In this document: piece after piece, positions 1 through 9,223 of the stretch
Numbering within the stretch: the first letter of the stretch is position 1
Layout of the letters: each line of letters begins with the position of its first letter
Assembly (NCBI RefSeq): GCF_000018465.1
Contig: NC_010085.1
Location: 1,290,001-1,322,000, forward strand
Length of the DNA stretch: 32,000 nt
Origin: Nitrosopumilus maritimus SCM1
GTDB taxonomy: Archaea > Thermoproteota > Nitrososphaeria > Nitrososphaerales > Nitrosopumilaceae
Direction of reading: 5' to 3'
Notes under the pieces: generated by a model
Database searches by the model: none
What the model saw: only the letters and a program-made list of their open reading frames with translations
What the model was told of the DNA's origin: nothing
Translations under genes and position numbers: made by a program

Positions 1-325
1 TTGCTTGTTTTAATCCAAATTTGGAACCATAAAGGACAGTTCCAAATGCTAGTGGAATGTGTTTTGCGTCAACTCCAGGTCCATTATCCTTTACAGTCAA
101 GATGTAGGGTTTTGGGTCTGGTTTGTCGGGCTCAACAGCCTTAATTGTTAAGTGTACATCAGGTAGTATTCCTTTTTGATCACAGGCATCAAGAGCATTT
201 TCAACAAATTCCCTGACAGCAGTGTATAGTGAACGGGTAGGATTACTGAACCCAGCCAAATCACGATTACTATAGAAAAACTCACTAGGAGAAATCTGAT
301 TAAATTTTTCTTTAATAGAAGACAT
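1..325 (-). CDS. top6B: DNA topoisomerase VI subunit B, N-terminal part (gene runs off the left window edge)
   Basis: My translation of the minus strand from the ATG at 323-325 gives MSSIKEKFNQISPSEFFYSNRDLAGFSNPTRSLYTAVREFVENALDACD..., the typical Top6B N-terminus with the GHKL E-N-x-L-D box. It is absent from the ORF track because no stop lies in the window. The listed 148..339 ORF is in another frame. Confidence 0.85.
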   Translation of the reverse strand, partial: MSSIKEKFNQISPSEFFYSNRDLAGFSNPTRSLYTAVREFVENALDACDQKGILPDVHLTIKAVEPDKPDPKPYILTVKDNGPGVDAKHIPLAFGTVLYGSKFGLKQA

Positions 326-884
326 CTTGATCTTCCCACAACTTCATTTTTTCTTGTTTTTCTTTTCTATTTGCAGCTTCTAATTTATCATAAACTGCAC
401 CATGCATACTTCCACTGGAAATAGAAGAGATTGCATCAACTGCTAATCGTAATTTACTTGCATCACCAATAATTGAAACTGTTTTTCCATAAACTGAGAT
501 ATGAGTACTGCTAAGATTTTCCATATTTCTTCTTGCTCTACCACCTTCTCCAATAATTCTCCCTTTTATCCTTTCAACATTTGCATTAGATTTTCCAGCA
601 AACTCTCGAAGATCTATAACATGCAATGTGTTCTCTCCCTTTAACAAGGTCATAGCGTTTTCAGGAGAAAAACCTCTACCAATTGCTGTAACAATTTCCA
701 TCGCTTTGAATGGTTGGATCTTTTCAACATCACCATCAGACTTTATGAGAACTTCTCCAGTCTCACCATCTATATCTAAAGACACATGACATGATTTTTC
801 AATTTTAGATTTAATGTTTCCAGATTTCCCAATGAGTACTGCTATCCTGTCATTTGGAATTCGTAGTAATTTCTCAAAACTCAT
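312..884 (-). CDS. KH-domain RNA-binding protein (Dim2/Pno1-like)
   Basis: 190 aa with two KH-like segments (IGKSGNIKSKIE and IGEGGRARRNME, GxxG loops). It overlaps the RIO kinase stop by 4 nt, the conserved archaeal RIO-KH arrangement. Confidence 0.8.
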   Translation of the reverse strand: MSFEKLLRIPNDRIAVLIGKSGNIKSKIEKSCHVSLDIDGETGEVLIKSDGDVEKIQPFKAMEIVTAIGRGFSPENAMTLLKGENTLHVIDLREFAGKSNANVERIKGRIIGEGGRARRNMENLSSTHISVYGKTVSIIGDASKLRLAVDAISSISSGSMHGAVYDKLEAANRKEKQEKMKLWEDQDVFY

Positions 885-1660
885 TTTACAATATCCTCAA
901 ATAATTTATCTGTGTCCTCAACAGAAACTCCTCGTTTTTTGAAGAACCTTGTAATGTTATTAATGTCTCTCTTAAGAAATTCTTGAGTATTTGGGTGTCT
1001 CAAATCAACTGCAGATCCCAAATCAAAAACCACCAATCCGTTTTGTGTCTTGAAGATATTATATTCTGAAAAATCTCCATGTACTAACTTTGCCTTTTGA
1101 TACATATCTAAAATAATTTGGATAGACTGTTTGTAGTCATCCTCATCTACTTGTGAATCAAGTAACGATTTTCCAGGAGCTCCATTTTCACCCACAAATT
1201 CCATTGCCAATACATTATTTGTCACATGAAGGGGTTTTGGAACAGGGATTCCAGCCTCAAAACACTGAGTTAAGTTTCGATATTCCTTTTTTGCCCAGAG
1301 ATACACAAGGTTTTTGGTTCCTTTTTTGACGTTTGAGAATCTAGGGTCACCAAGTATGTATGGTTCACGTTTTTTAAAATTCGAAGTACTAACAAGATAA
1401 ATTTTCAATGCAACATCTGAATCATTTTCATCAACTCCCCAAAACAAAACTGATTCTTTTCCAGCACTTACTGCACCATTGACATATGCAATGATATGAT
1501 CTGTGATCATTTTGTATAACGTCATGACAGTTGGCTTATCTAAGACTTCGTTTACTACTTTGCCTTTTTTAAAACCATCATCCAAAGTTTTTCGTTTAGC
1601 TTTTGAAATTAATTTTTTATCTATCTTCGATTCAAGTTTTTTGCTAAGAATATCAGTCAT
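881..1660 (-). CDS. rio1: RIO-type serine/threonine protein kinase (Rio1-like, no N-terminal wHTH)
   Basis: 259 aa. It has the RIO signatures GKESVLF (STGKEA-like loop), LVHGDFSEYNIF (catalytic HxDLSEYN) and VFDLGSAV (metal-binding D). Confidence 0.85.
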   Translation of the reverse strand: MTDILSKKLESKIDKKLISKAKRKTLDDGFKKGKVVNEVLDKPTVMTLYKMITDHIIAYVNGAVSAGKESVLFWGVDENDSDVALKIYLVSTSNFKKREPYILGDPRFSNVKKGTKNLVYLWAKKEYRNLTQCFEAGIPVPKPLHVTNNVLAMEFVGENGAPGKSLLDSQVDEDDYKQSIQIILDMYQKAKLVHGDFSEYNIFKTQNGLVVFDLGSAVDLRHPNTQEFLKRDINNITRFFKKRGVSVEDTDKLFEDIVK

Positions 1661-1716
1661 TACTCAATAACACCTCCACTAGATAAAATGAATTTCTTTT
1701 TTGTATGGAAATCATT

Positions 1717-2013
1717 TTACATTTTAAAAACTATGAGAAATGGAACTCCAGAAATTTTTTTAACAGCATTTTCAGAACCAATACCTAATCCAAGAGATAA
1801 AGAAATAGTTTCATCACCTACAAGATTAATTATTGCAGAATTTTTTAGTAGAGTTTCAGCTTCTTCTTTTTCGACAAATCTTTCTCCGTAATAGCTTTCA
1901 CTTATGTGCATGTTTAGTTCACCTTCAACAATTGTTTTACCCAATAGTTCTGCATCACATATGTTCAACATTGGGTTTTTTTGATAATCAGTTTGACGTA
2001 CTGCAAATGGCAT
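1717..2013 (-). CDS. DUF424-family protein
   Basis: 98 aa. The pattern NICDAELLGK...YYGE...INLVGDE...GVPFLIVF matches my recollection of archaeal DUF424. The start overlaps the aIF2-beta stop (TAATG). Confidence 0.6.
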   Translation of the reverse strand: MPFAVRQTDYQKNPMLNICDAELLGKTIVEGELNMHISESYYGERFVEKEEAETLLKNSAIINLVGDETISLSLGLGIGSENAVKKISGVPFLIVFKM

Positions 2014-2435
2014 TATGCATATTTACCTTTTAGAGTTGATTTTGCACCACATGCTTCACAAATCAAAAATGATATGCGATTTTCTTTTAGTATCTTGGTA
2101 TCAGGACTTTTGCAAGTAGGGCATTCAAGATAATCTTTAACATAAATTTGAAATAATCTAGTAAAATCATCAGGATCACGCTTTCCAATAAACATGGCCT
2201 TATCACCAATTCTTTCAGCAGGAACTGCAAATTCTTTTGAAAGGTACTGTAATACTTTATCAGGATCTCTTCTAAGCACTTTTGGGAATTCAGAGAAATT
2301 ACGCAAGAAAGTCTTCTGTCCTTCCCACATCACATCAACAACAGGAAGTTCAAACCTAGCAGTAGAGGTCTTTTCAGTATCACCTAGTTTATCCTGTATC
2401 CTTTTGAGTAGATTCTCATATTCTGCTTTGGTCAC
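2013..2435 (-). CDS. eif2b: translation initiation factor aIF2 subunit beta
   Basis: 140 aa. It starts YENLLKRI, has the conserved middle FLRNF...REL-type region, and ends in the C-terminal zinc ribbon CPTCKSPDT...CEACGA. Confidence 0.9.
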   Translation of the reverse strand: MTKAEYENLLKRIQDKLGDTEKTSTARFELPVVDVMWEGQKTFLRNFSEFPKVLRRDPDKVLQYLSKEFAVPAERIGDKAMFIGKRDPDDFTRLFQIYVKDYLECPTCKSPDTKILKENRISFLICEACGAKSTLKGKYA

Positions 2436-2506
2436 TAAAAAATAGTCAAGACTAGACCCTATATGGGTTTTGAAAAAGAAGAAGTCGTGTGGATTTTGTT
2501 TCTAAA

Positions 2507-2653
2507 TTATTCCATTTTTCCGATACGGAAAACGTTAGTTCCACATTCAGGACATGTACCTTTTACGGCAGGACGTCCGTTCTTTAGTTTAGTTTCTTTG
2601 GGATCTTTAATGTCCCTTTTTTCGCGGCATTTTACGCAATATGCTGTAACCAT
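2507..2653 (-). CDS. small zinc-ribbon protein (DUF5679-like), 48 aa
   Basis: My translation is MVTAYCVKCREKRDIKDPKETKLKNGRPAVKGTCPECGTNVFRIGKME, with a CxxC...CxxC pair. It falls below the ORF-track size cut-off. The + strand ORF 2463..2684 is its antisense shadow. Confidence 0.55.
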   Translation of the reverse strand: MVTAYCVKCREKRDIKDPKETKLKNGRPAVKGTCPECGTNVFRIGKME

Positions 2654-2903
2654 TCTAAAAATTGTCAAACACGCTGGTATTTAGGAAGAGCCTGTGAAAA
2701 TTATTTAACTACAGGCTAGATGCAGGTAAATTTTTTTGTGCCTCAAAAAAAGCCTGAATTCAAAAATTTTAACGAATGTTAGCAAATTTTAGAAAATTAT
2801 GGTCAAGATTATGCAAAAAACTAATTTTTCTAATATTTGTTTAATAATGGAAAATTTCTTCAAAGATTATCAATTATAAACCAGCAGACATTATAGAAGA
2901 AAA

Positions 2904-3401
2904 ATGGCATCAAAAAAAGGAATTGCAATTACAATAATTATTTTGGGCGCAATAACTGGAGCCAGTTTTTTGGTATGGACAGTACCACAACAAAATGAAA
3001 CAACATTCATCATTACAGATTATGAAAACTATCTAGATGGTGCAAAAAGTATCCATGAAGTTTTACAAAAATCGACTGATATAGAATATCAAAAACTATT
3101 GGATGGCGAGATAACACCAGACCAATACATCACATCAGCTGATGTTACATCAAGTCAAGTAACATCACAAATCAGCGAGTTTGTAACATCAAAACCACCT
3201 GAGGAATGGCAAAATAGTTACATTAGTTTCATGGATGGAATGAAGAAATTCAATTCATACATTGGAGAGACCAAAGTGTTAGCAAATCTAATACAAAATG
3301 AAAGTTCACAAGAAGAGTTCACAGAGGCAATGGAGAAAATTGAATCACTAAAAGCAGAATCAATGGAGTTAGTCAAAATTTCTGATGACTCCAGACCTTA
3401 G
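2904..3401 (+). CDS. hypothetical membrane-anchored protein
   Basis: 165 aa with an N-terminal hydrophobic helix (IAITIIILGAITGASFLVW) followed by a helical, acidic ectodomain. I recognise no family. Confidence 0.5.
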   Translation: MASKKGIAITIIILGAITGASFLVWTVPQQNETTFIITDYENYLDGAKSIHEVLQKSTDIEYQKLLDGEITPDQYITSADVTSSQVTSQISEFVTSKPPEEWQNSYISFMDGMKKFNSYIGETKVLANLIQNESSQEEFTEAMEKIESLKAESMELVKISDDSRP

Positions 3402-3471
3402 CCTCAAAACCGAATTTTAATAATCATAATGGTTGGAAATCGTTAAAAGGCAATTTCACAAAACAAGATGA

Positions 3472-4617
3472 ATGTCTCAACGCTCAGACAAGGTTGAAAA
3501 AGATGTCAACGCATCTACTGCCAACAAATTACTCGTAATTTGTGTAGATAGAGACAATGATGTAGGTGAAAAGGCAGGCATCGTAACGCCAGTAATTGGG
3601 AGAGATGCATGCATTGAGGCAGCACAGAGATTAGCATTAGAAGATCCTGAAGATGCAGATTCTAATTCAATATTTTCTGCAATCAAAACGTATGAAGACT
3701 TGGTAAGTAAGGGATATCAGGTTGAAGTTGTTACAGTTGCAGGTGTAAAAGATAGAGGCGTTCAAGCTGATGAGAAAATTCTTAGTGAAACAAGAAAGGT
3801 TTTAGATAAATTTTCTGCAAATGGCGCAGTTATAGTTTCAGATGGTGAAGATGATGAAAGTGTTATTCCAGTAATTCAAAATGTTCTACCAGTAGTTTCA
3901 GTGCAACGTGTTGTAATGAAAGTAAGCAGAAGTGTAGAGTATTCCTATGCAGTATTTGGAAAATATCTTAAAATGATTGCATATGATTCAAGATATTCAA
4001 AATTTTTCTTGGGAGTTCCAGGAATCCTTTTGTTAATTGGTGGTGTTGCATCCGTATTTGGAATTACTACTGAAATTTTTGCAGTACTTGTTAGTATTTT
4101 AGGTGGTGCATTTTTGATTAGAGCATTTGATATTGACAGAGTATGGTCAAGCTGGTCAAAACCGACGCCGATGGGTTTTATCAGAATGTTTACAATGGTT
4201 GCAGGAATATTGTTGATACTTTCATCAGTACCAGCTGGTGTTGCATCAATTGATCCAGAATTAGCTGAGGCAGATACTACATTTGTTGCAAAGATAACTG
4301 ATCAAGTAATTATCGGTCAGTTTGTTGCAGGAGTATTACCAATATTGTGGACAGGACTTGGTGCAATCTTTGCAGGAACTTTACTTAGTAACTGGATTGG
4401 AGGAGTACCAAGACAAATCAGCGACATATTGAGAATAATTGTGCTCATAGCTTTGTATCCAACAATCTACCAGTTTACAAACATCATGATTTCTGATGTG
4501 AGTTCATTTACATTGATTCCTCCACTTTTAGGGGGACTGGCAGCAACCTTGGTTTCAGCCACAATTCTCTTCAAAAAATACAGAAAACACAAAGACCAAG
4601 AGATGGTTTCTGATTAA
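3472..4617 (+). CDS. DUF373-family integral membrane protein
   Basis: 381 aa. A soluble N-terminal domain (LLVICVDRDNDVGEK...EDPEDADSN) precedes several TM helices, as in archaeal DUF373 proteins. The family call is from memory. Confidence 0.6.
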   Translation: MSQRSDKVEKDVNASTANKLLVICVDRDNDVGEKAGIVTPVIGRDACIEAAQRLALEDPEDADSNSIFSAIKTYEDLVSKGYQVEVVTVAGVKDRGVQADEKILSETRKVLDKFSANGAVIVSDGEDDESVIPVIQNVLPVVSVQRVVMKVSRSVEYSYAVFGKYLKMIAYDSRYSKFFLGVPGILLLIGGVASVFGITTEIFAVLVSILGGAFLIRAFDIDRVWSSWSKPTPMGFIRMFTMVAGILLILSSVPAGVASIDPELAEADTTFVAKITDQVIIGQFVAGVLPILWTGLGAIFAGTLLSNWIGGVPRQISDILRIIVLIALYPTIYQFTNIMISDVSSFTLIPPLLGGLAATLVSATILFKKYRKHKDQEMVSD

Positions 4618-4696
4618 TTCAGACCATTTCTAGGCTGAATTTTGCAAAAACACTGATATCTTTAGTTGCAGACTAACCATCAAAAGGTGAATCAGT

Positions 4697-5488
4697 ATTA
4701 GTAAAATCAAAGATGTACTCCTCCAATTATCGGGTCTTTACAAAATTTATGGAAAAAGACTAGAAAGTGAGATTCAAACTGGAGACATTCCAAATCATGT
4801 TGCATTAATTTTAGATGGAAATCGTAGATGGGCCAAAAGACATCTGTCACTTCCAAAGGCAGGACACTGGAAGGGAGCTGATGCAGTAGAGAACCTTCTT
4901 GATTGGTGTGAAGAGTTTAACATCAAAATTGTAACGCTGTATGCATTATCAGCTGAAAACTTGGATAGAAATGATGAAGAACTTGATCATCTCTACGAGT
5001 TAATTCGCATGAGGTTAGAAAAGCTGTACAACGATCCACGAATTCATCGATCAAAGATGAGAGTAAAGGGTATTGGAAGAATAGAGTTGCTGCCTGATTC
5101 CATCAAAGAGATTTTACAAAAGTTAGATGATGCTACTAAAGACTATGACAATCATTTCCTAAACATTGCACTAGCATATGGTGGACAGTATGAACTAGTT
5201 GATGCTGTCAAAAAGATAGGTGAAAAAATCAAAGACGGTCAGTTAGATGTTGAAAAGATTACAAAAAAAGAGATTGAATCAAACTTGTATACATCACACT
5301 TGCCACAGTCATCACCAGACATGATTTTGAGAACATCAGGTGAAAAAAGACTCAGTGGGTTTTTGATGTGGCAAAGCGCATACAGTGAATTAGTTTTTAT
5401 GGATATCTTTTGGCCAGAGTTTAGGAAAATAGATTTGATGCGAGCCATTAGAACATTTCAAGAAAGAAAAAGAAGATTAGGAAAATGA
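4697..5488 (+). CDS. uppS: undecaprenyl/tritrans,polycis-prenyl diphosphate synthase (cis-prenyltransferase); start codon uncertain
   Basis: The in-frame translation upstream of the track ORF reads ...LYKIYGKRLESEIQTGDIPNHVALILDGNRRWAKRH..., the catalytic DGNRRWA motif. Downstream motifs are IALAYGG and ILRTSGEKRLSGFLMWQSAYSE. There is no in-frame ATG/GTG/TTG between the stop at 4688-4690 and TTG 4961. ATT 4697 lies 6 nt after a GGTGA Shine-Dalgarno-like element. Confidence 0.8.
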   Translation: MSKIKDVLLQLSGLYKIYGKRLESEIQTGDIPNHVALILDGNRRWAKRHLSLPKAGHWKGADAVENLLDWCEEFNIKIVTLYALSAENLDRNDEELDHLYELIRMRLEKLYNDPRIHRSKMRVKGIGRIELLPDSIKEILQKLDDATKDYDNHFLNIALAYGGQYELVDAVKKIGEKIKDGQLDVEKITKKEIESNLYTSHLPQSSPDMILRTSGEKRLSGFLMWQSAYSELVFMDIFWPEFRKIDLMRAIRTFQERKRRLGK

Positions 5489-5904
5489 TTGAAGAGACAT
5501 CAGCAGGAATAGTATTGTTTAGAAAAGAGGACTCTAAGAATTTGTTTTTACTTTTACATTATCCATCAGGTCATTGGGATTTTGTAAAAGGTAAGATGGA
5601 AAAAGGTGAATCAACACATGAAACTGCAGTAAGAGAAACAAAAGAAGAGACAGGGATAACTGATGTGAATTTTGTAGAAGGGTTTGAAGAGTGGATAGAA
5701 TACAATTTTCAATATCAAAAGGAGCTTGTTCACAAAAAAGTTGTCTTCTTTTTGGCGGAAACTACAACTAAAGAAGTAAACATTTCACATGAGCATCTTG
5801 ATTACACATGGATGGATTACAATACTGCAATGGAAAAGACTACGTTTGATAATGCAAAGACAGTTCTAACTAAAGCTCAGATGCTACTTTCCAAGACTGT
5901 CTAG
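5485..5904 (+). CDS. NUDIX hydrolase (Ap4A-hydrolase-like)
   Basis: 139 aa with the Nudix box GKMEKGESTHETAVRETKEETGI (Gx5Ex7REUxEExGU). The ATGA overlap with the uppS stop suggests co-translation. Confidence 0.85.
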   Translation: MIEETSAGIVLFRKEDSKNLFLLLHYPSGHWDFVKGKMEKGESTHETAVRETKEETGITDVNFVEGFEEWIEYNFQYQKELVHKKVVFFLAETTTKEVNISHEHLDYTWMDYNTAMEKTTFDNAKTVLTKAQMLLSKTV

Positions 5905-6630
5905 CTGCAAATCTTTTGCAATATCAGTTGGTTTTTTTGCATTTAGAATTGTTCTTCCAACAATTAGATAATTTGTTCCAGCAGAGATAACTTCACTTGC
6001 ATTACCACCTTGTGTTCCAACACCTGGAGAAAAGATACTGAGTTTTCGTCCAGCCTTTTTTGAGCAGTACTGGATAATTTTTGGAAAAGTTGCACCAACT
6101 ACAATTCCATCAACTTTTGCTTCCAGTGCCCAATCTAAGAATAGTTGATAGAGTTGCTGCTTTTTTCGCATCTTTACTTCCATGTCGTATGATAATTTAG
6201 CCTCAGGGGCGCTCATATGACACAAGGTGATGACTCCTTTGCCATTTTTGTGGGCAGATTTTACCAGATTTTTCAGACTATCTAGTCCCATGATAGGATT
6301 TGCAATGACTGCATCAAAACCCATCTTCCACAAATTTTCTGTAGTAACACGATTTGTGTTGCCAATATCATTTAGTTTAATGTCGGCAATTGTTTGAAGA
6401 CCATACCTATGAGCTGTTTTGTTTATGTTGAGGACTTGTTTGCTACTTAGTGGAAGTAACAAATGAAAATTTAGTTTTACTGCACAAAGATACGGATGTA
6501 ATTTTTTGATATTAGAGATTGTTTTTGTTTCTAAATTTTTTACAGATGGATCATAGTCATTAGCAAGAATTACTTTGCCATTTGTTTTTGCGATCTGAGA
6601 AAGTCTAGTTTTGAAGGTGAGCATAATCAA
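5884..6630 (-). CDS. pyrF: orotidine 5'-phosphate decarboxylase
   Basis: 248 aa with DIKLNDIGNT (the DxKxxDIxxT active-site motif) and a C-terminal GVGTQGG...LIVGRTI phosphate-binding region. Confidence 0.85.
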   Translation of the reverse strand: MIMLTFKTRLSQIAKTNGKVILANDYDPSVKNLETKTISNIKKLHPYLCAVKLNFHLLLPLSSKQVLNINKTAHRYGLQTIADIKLNDIGNTNRVTTENLWKMGFDAVIANPIMGLDSLKNLVKSAHKNGKGVITLCHMSAPEAKLSYDMEVKMRKKQQLYQLFLDWALEAKVDGIVVGATFPKIIQYCSKKAGRKLSIFSPGVGTQGGNASEVISAGTNYLIVGRTILNAKKPTDIAKDLQLDSLGK

Positions 6631-7288
6631 CTAATGGATGAGTGTCTTTTAATTTTATTATTTTGATGTATGAATAACCGTGTTCAGATGGATTATCAAC
6701 AAAGACTGGTTCAATTACATTGCTAGTTGAGAACTTTAGGAATGGTTTTTCGGGATCTTTGTCTAGTAATACATGACAAAAGTATGATGTTCCTTCTTCA
6801 TTAAAATTCATGAAGACCCCAAGAAGCCATTTATCATTATGAGGGAACAGAAATAACGGGAATGGTATTTCTTCAAATCCCCATGTAAGTTTTGCAAGAC
6901 TAGACATGTCTTCTAGTTCAATTGGTTGATATCGGTCTAGAGTGCCATTTCCAGGTTTCAGTGTTTTTGGAAGTGATTTTATTCGAACAATTGGAGAGTA
7001 TAATTTACTAGAATCAGAAGTAGAATCTACAATTTCAGATTCTTCTTTGCCTCCTGTTAATCCATAACGAAGATAATGGCCGTTATGATCCAGAGGTGTA
7101 AAGTATACGATTGGTTTTTCTTTTAGAACATCCATTTGGACTGAAAGAATTTTTCTGCCGTCATGATCATGCAAAAATGATACACGTGGTGCACGCTCTA
7201 GTGCACAAACGAGCCTAGTGAATTCTAAAGTGGAATTAACTTGTATGTATCGAGGTTGTTTGTCAACAGGAGAAGAAGGTTGTTCCAC
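6605..7288 (-). CDS. hypothetical protein (unknown family), GTG start
   Basis: A 227-aa ORF with coding-like composition. It sits between purA and pyrF on the same strand, and its 3' end overlaps the pyrF start by 26 nt. I recognise no motif. Confidence 0.5.
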   Translation of the reverse strand: MEQPSSPVDKQPRYIQVNSTLEFTRLVCALERAPRVSFLHDHDGRKILSVQMDVLKEKPIVYFTPLDHNGHYLRYGLTGGKEESEIVDSTSDSSKLYSPIVRIKSLPKTLKPGNGTLDRYQPIELEDMSSLAKLTWGFEEIPFPLFLFPHNDKWLLGVFMNFNEEGTSYFCHVLLDKDPEKPFLKFSTSNVIEPVFVDNPSEHGYSYIKIIKLKDTHPLVDYAHLQN

Positions 7289-7337
7289 GAAAGTTAACGA
7301 TCGATTAACAAATTAAACTTATCCAAAAAGTTGGAGC

Positions 7338-8339
7338 CTAGTTTCTTCTGTCAATGACATCATTGACAGTTGGTCCTGTTCCAATAATTGTAACAGGCGT
7401 GTTTAATTCATCTTCAATATTTTTTATGAATGCTTTTGCATCATCAAACAATTCATCATACGAAGTTTTTCCCGCACAGTCTGTAAACAACACATCTAGT
7501 TTTGTAATTGAGATTTGTGTTGCACCATTAAGCATGATTGCACGCCTAGCTAAATCAAAATCAAAATCAGCTGCACGACGTTGACGTCCTGTAACAGTTC
7601 CAAACTCAGACCAGCCTTTCTTTTCTGCTTCTTCAAGTGAGAGTTCTTTGTCAAGTGGGCCCGTGCCTACACGCGTAACATAAGACTTGAAGACAACAAT
7701 CACTTCATCTACTTTGGTTGGACCTAATCCAATATCAGCACAAATTCCTGAAGCTGTAACATCCTTTGAGGTTACAAATGGATATGTACCATGCCACAAA
7801 GATAGGAATGTGCCTTGAGTTCCTTCAATTAGGACATTTTCGTTTTTGTCTATAGCAGAATTAATCTCGGCTGGAACATCTGTAATTATTGAGGATAGTG
7901 AATCAAAGTCTTTTGCCAAGTTCAAAACCCTCATTGCCCTATCAGCATTTGCAGGTCCTGTTCCTGAGCCGGTACTACCAATCTTCTCTTTGAGTTCACC
8001 TTTGGAATCTCGAGCAAGATGAGTCTCTTCAATAACTCCACAATGTTTGTCAATAAATGCACGTCCTGAGACACCAAAATCATCAATCTCTTTTTGCAGT
8101 ACTTCAGGATTAATCACAACACCTGGGCCAATCATGACTTTGGCATCTTTGTTTAGAAAACCGCTTGGAAGCATACGAACTTTGTAAACTTTATCGCCAT
8201 CTTTGATTGTGTGACCGGCATTTGGTCCTGCACCGCCACGAACTATAACTTTGGGATTATCTTTTATTGCCAAATAGGAGATGATCTTTCCTTTTCCTTC
8301 ATCTCCAAAAAATCCACCAACTACAACAGTAGATGTCAT
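7338..8339 (-). CDS. purA: adenylosuccinate synthetase (short archaeal type)
   Basis: 333 aa with the N-terminal P-loop GGFFGDEGKGKI, GPNAGHT, GSTGSGTGPA and TVTGRQRR motifs characteristic of PurA. Confidence 0.9.
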   Translation of the reverse strand: MTSTVVVGGFFGDEGKGKIISYLAIKDNPKVIVRGGAGPNAGHTIKDGDKVYKVRMLPSGFLNKDAKVMIGPGVVINPEVLQKEIDDFGVSGRAFIDKHCGVIEETHLARDSKGELKEKIGSTGSGTGPANADRAMRVLNLAKDFDSLSSIITDVPAEINSAIDKNENVLIEGTQGTFLSLWHGTYPFVTSKDVTASGICADIGLGPTKVDEVIVVFKSYVTRVGTGPLDKELSLEEAEKKGWSEFGTVTGRQRRAADFDFDLARRAIMLNGATQISITKLDVLFTDCAGKTSYDELFDDAKAFIKNIEDELNTPVTIIGTGPTVNDVIDRRN

Positions 8340-8419
8340 GATGTTGAGCTTGACTTTGGTTTATTTAAGCTAAAGTGGTGTGACATCATTTTATAACCAA
8401 GATTGGATTTTCTAGATCG

Positions 8420-8881
8420 ATGGTTGGAGAGAATTTTGCAGGAAACATCATTGTCAATCTAGCAAATCTCCCAGACTTTTTGAGAAATCCAATTCTAAAA
8501 AAACGGATGATGGAATTTTTTTCATTGGCAAAACCAGATCAGGATGAAGTGATCAACAATGCACTAGAGGCAGGACCAACAATTCCATTCCCAAATTTTG
8601 CAAAACTCTTCAAGACATGGCTAAAAATTTTGACTACACTTTCTGAAGAGCAAAGAGAGGGACTGTTTTCAGCATACATTACAGAAGTTGCACAAAATCC
8701 GCAAAAACTAATCACATTCAATCTAGATGGAATATTGGAAATTTATCTCACACTAGAAGAAAATGAAAAAGAAATACTGGCAAGTACAGTAAAAAGAATA
8801 ATCAATAATCTTGATGAGGATAAAAAGAGAAGAATAATGTTAGTTATTCCTGAAAATGCGAAAAAACACTTGAAGTTTTAA
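8420..8881 (+). CDS. hypothetical protein
   Basis: A 153-aa helical-looking ORF in which I recognise no motif. It is convergent with the YggX-like gene. Confidence 0.45.
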   Translation: MVGENFAGNIIVNLANLPDFLRNPILKKRMMEFFSLAKPDQDEVINNALEAGPTIPFPNFAKLFKTWLKILTTLSEEQREGLFSAYITEVAQNPQKLITFNLDGILEIYLTLEENEKEILASTVKRIINNLDEDKKRRIMLVIPENAKKHLKF

Positions 8882-9162
8882 GCGCCAGGTTGAGGCTCAT
8901 CAGGTTTTCTGTTATCTTCATTGGTATAATCAATAACTTCTCCTTCAGGAGACAATACACCTACAAAGATTTTCTCGTGTTTTTTTAGTAATTTTCTGTG
9001 ATCAGCCATTGACATATCAAGTTTCAATTCATTCATTACCATTATCTGATACTCTTTCCATTCAGCCCAACACTTGTTACATGTGGGATATTTCTCATTG
9101 ACTGGACCTAATTGTTCAGTATCAGGAATTTCATTCTTGCATTTTGTACAAGTACGAGTCAT
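8878..9162 (-). CDS. YggX-like Fe(2+)-trafficking / oxidative-damage protection protein with N-terminal CxxC pairs
   Basis: 94 aa. MTRTCTKC...CNKCWAEWKEYQIMVMNELKLDMSMADHRKLLKKHEKIF aligns by eye with bacterial YggX (W..W...Q.M.INE.KL.M....HRKLL). Confidence 0.6.
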   Translation of the reverse strand: MTRTCTKCKNEIPDTEQLGPVNEKYPTCNKCWAEWKEYQIMVMNELKLDMSMADHRKLLKKHEKIFVGVLSPEGEVIDYTNEDNRKPDEPQPGA

Positions 9163-9223
9163 GAAAGATTGCTATTTGAAACTCCTTTTATCTTTTATTG
9201 AGTCAAATAAAAAAGAAAAGAGG

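Noticed and set aside
148-339. The 63-aa minus-strand ORF listed in the track
   Set aside because: It is a different frame of the same strand as the clear Top6B N-terminus (1..325) and has a hydrophobic, low-information sequence. I treat it as a spurious frame shadow.
2689-2716. A 7-bp inverted repeat AGCCTGT...ACAGGCT in the 2654-2903 intergenic region
   Set aside because: It has a short stem and a large AT-rich loop and sits in a divergent promoter region. There is too little evidence to call it a regulatory site or an RNA element.
4961-5488. The track's TTG 4961 start for the cis-prenyltransferase
   Set aside because: It would remove the conserved N-terminal third, including DGNRRWA, which is encoded in frame upstream. 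The real start must lie near 4691-4712.
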